DNA of 20,041 bases from Pseudothermotoga sp. (GTDB taxonomy: Bacteria; Thermotogota; Thermotogae; Thermotogales; DSM-5069), in NCBI GenBank assembly GCA_031962025.1, contig JAVRKW010000018.1; one strand, 5' to 3'. This document shows, piece after piece, positions 18,641 to 20,041 of this stretch (its first letter is position 1; every line of letters begins with the position of its first letter). Under the pieces are notes generated by a model that did not search any database, was not told where the DNA came from, and saw only the letters and a list, made by a program, of their open reading frames with translations. A program made the translations under genes and the position numbers.

Positions 18641-20039
18641 AGATACTCTCTGAAAGAGATGGAAACTGTTATCGTCAAACAAGAAAATATATGCGTATAT
18701 CTTGTCCGAATGAAGATACTCTCTGAAAGAGATGGAAACTTCTGGGGAGAGTTCCCTCCCCAGAAGTGACTCAAGAAATAGTCCGAATGAAGATACTCTC
18801 TGAAAGAGATGGAAACCTAAAGAGACTTTCTTTTGCGGCAGCTGCCGCTGCCGCAATGTCCGAATGAAGATACTCTCTGAAAGAGATGGAAACTATTTGT
18901 TGCTACAGATAGTATCGTATACAATTCATCGGCGTCCGAATGAAGATACTCTCTGAAAGAGATGGAAACGACTACGACTTCTCTAGCTAAGTTGGAAGAT
19001 TGTGACTGTACGTCCGAATGAAGATACTCTCTGAAAGAGATGGAAACAGGAAAGAGGGGGAGTGGTTAGCTCCCCCTCTTCCCTGAAAGTCCGAATGAAG
19101 ATACTCTCTGAAAGAGATGGAAACGCATATAGCAAATGCCCCGACACAAATACATAATATTTCTTCGTCCGAATGAAGATACTCTCTGAAAGAGATGGAA
19201 ACCTGGGGGAGAGTTCCCTCCCCAGAAGAGATTCGGAAAATAAGTCCGAATGAAGATACTCTCTGAAAGAGATGGAAACCTGGCTATATCAGCCAGCTCC
19301 AATAACTCCTCGATTGTAAGTCCGAATGAAGATACTCTCTGAAAGAGATGGAAACAGTTCCCGACCCAACAATCTCTCGATCCAAGCAACGTCCGAATGA
19401 AGATACTCTCTGAAAGAGATGGAAACTTGGATAGCAGAAAGGATAAAAAAAGGAAAGAGGGGGAGCGTCCGAATGAAGATACTCTCTGAAAGAGATGGAA
19501 ACTATTCATCTATGAAGCTTGTAGACGTGGAATTCTTCTAGTAGTCCGAATGAAGATACTCTCTGAAAGAGATGGAAACAAATAAACAATTTGTCTGAAT
19601 AAAAGACTTTTTTGTGTTAGTCCGAATGAAGATACTCTCTGAAAGAGATGGAAACGGAGTGGTTAGCTCCCCCTCTTTCTTGAAAACCTATACCAGTCCG
19701 AATGAAGATACTCTCTGAAAGAGATGGAAACCTTGTATTATACCTTTAGCTATTCCAGCAATAACTGTATCTAGTCCGAATGAAGATACTCTCTGAAAGA
19801 GATGGAAACTTTGCGCACCGTCCCAATCGACTACGACGTAGCGTGCAACGGTCCGAATGAAGATACTCTCTGAAAGAGATGGAAACTTTGACACTTAAAA
19901 TGTTCTCTTTCTTAATTTCCATTAATAGTCCGAATGAAGATACTCTCTGAAAGAGATGGAAACACCTTTTGGCTCGGGGTCCACTTATCGGACCCCAATA
20001 CTTGTCCGAATGAAGATACTCTCTGAAAGAGATGGAAAC
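18631..20039 (+). CRISPR. CRISPR array 2: 19 identical 36-nt repeats and 18 spacers of 35-42 nt; no leader; probably continues right of the window
   Basis: Repeats start at 18631, 18704, 18781, 18858, 18934, 19012, 19089, 19167, 19244, 19320, 19391, 19467, 19544, 19620, 19696, 19774, 19851, 19928 and 20004. Same repeat as array 1. Confidence 0.98.
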
Positions 20040-20041
20040 CT

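Noticed and set aside
18817..18857. Spacer with a 10-bp inverted repeat TTGCGGCAGC/GCTGCCGCAA
   Set aside because: The antisense strand reads IAAAAAAAKESLF. Runs of GCN Ala codons are self-complementary, so it was not counted as a structural hotspot.
18550..19894. Minus-strand ORFs with repeated FHLFQRVSSFG or FPSLSESIFIR peptides
   Set aside because: These are translations of the CRISPR repeat, not repeat proteins.
1..20041. Self-targeting spacers within the window
   Set aside because: No match was seen by eye. This was not exhaustive, and a BLASTn-short search of the 24 spacers would settle it.

Overview
Bacterial chromosomal segment, probably from Thermotogota (inferred from the TM-type RNase Z and the gene content). 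It is bracketed by two CRISPR arrays that share a 36-nt repeat (GTCCGAATGAAGATACTCTCTGAAAGAGATGGAAAC): 7 repeats at 1-495 and 19 repeats at 18631-20039. Positions 810-11842 hold housekeeping genes: trxB, a protein disulfide oxidoreductase, SPFH/NfeD, RNase Z, rplI, yqeG, yqeH, pduL, a ThiS-like protein, an M20 amidohydrolase, YdcF and others. Positions 11855-18640 are a type III CRISPR ancillary cluster. A Lon-SAVED protease (CalpL-like) is transcribed divergently from a sigma-like gene (CalpS-like), an anti-sigma-like gene (CalpT-like), csx1, an APE2256/CARF7 effector with an uncharacterised C-terminal domain, and cas10/csm1. The cas10 gene is cut mid-gene exactly at the first repeat of array 2, with no leader and no GGDD cyclase palm. 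Array 1 likewise ends flush against a decayed MjaI-like endonuclease fragment. The spacers appear antisense to mRNA, and five of the 18 spacers in array 2 repeatedly hit two GGGGAG/CTCCCC hairpins.
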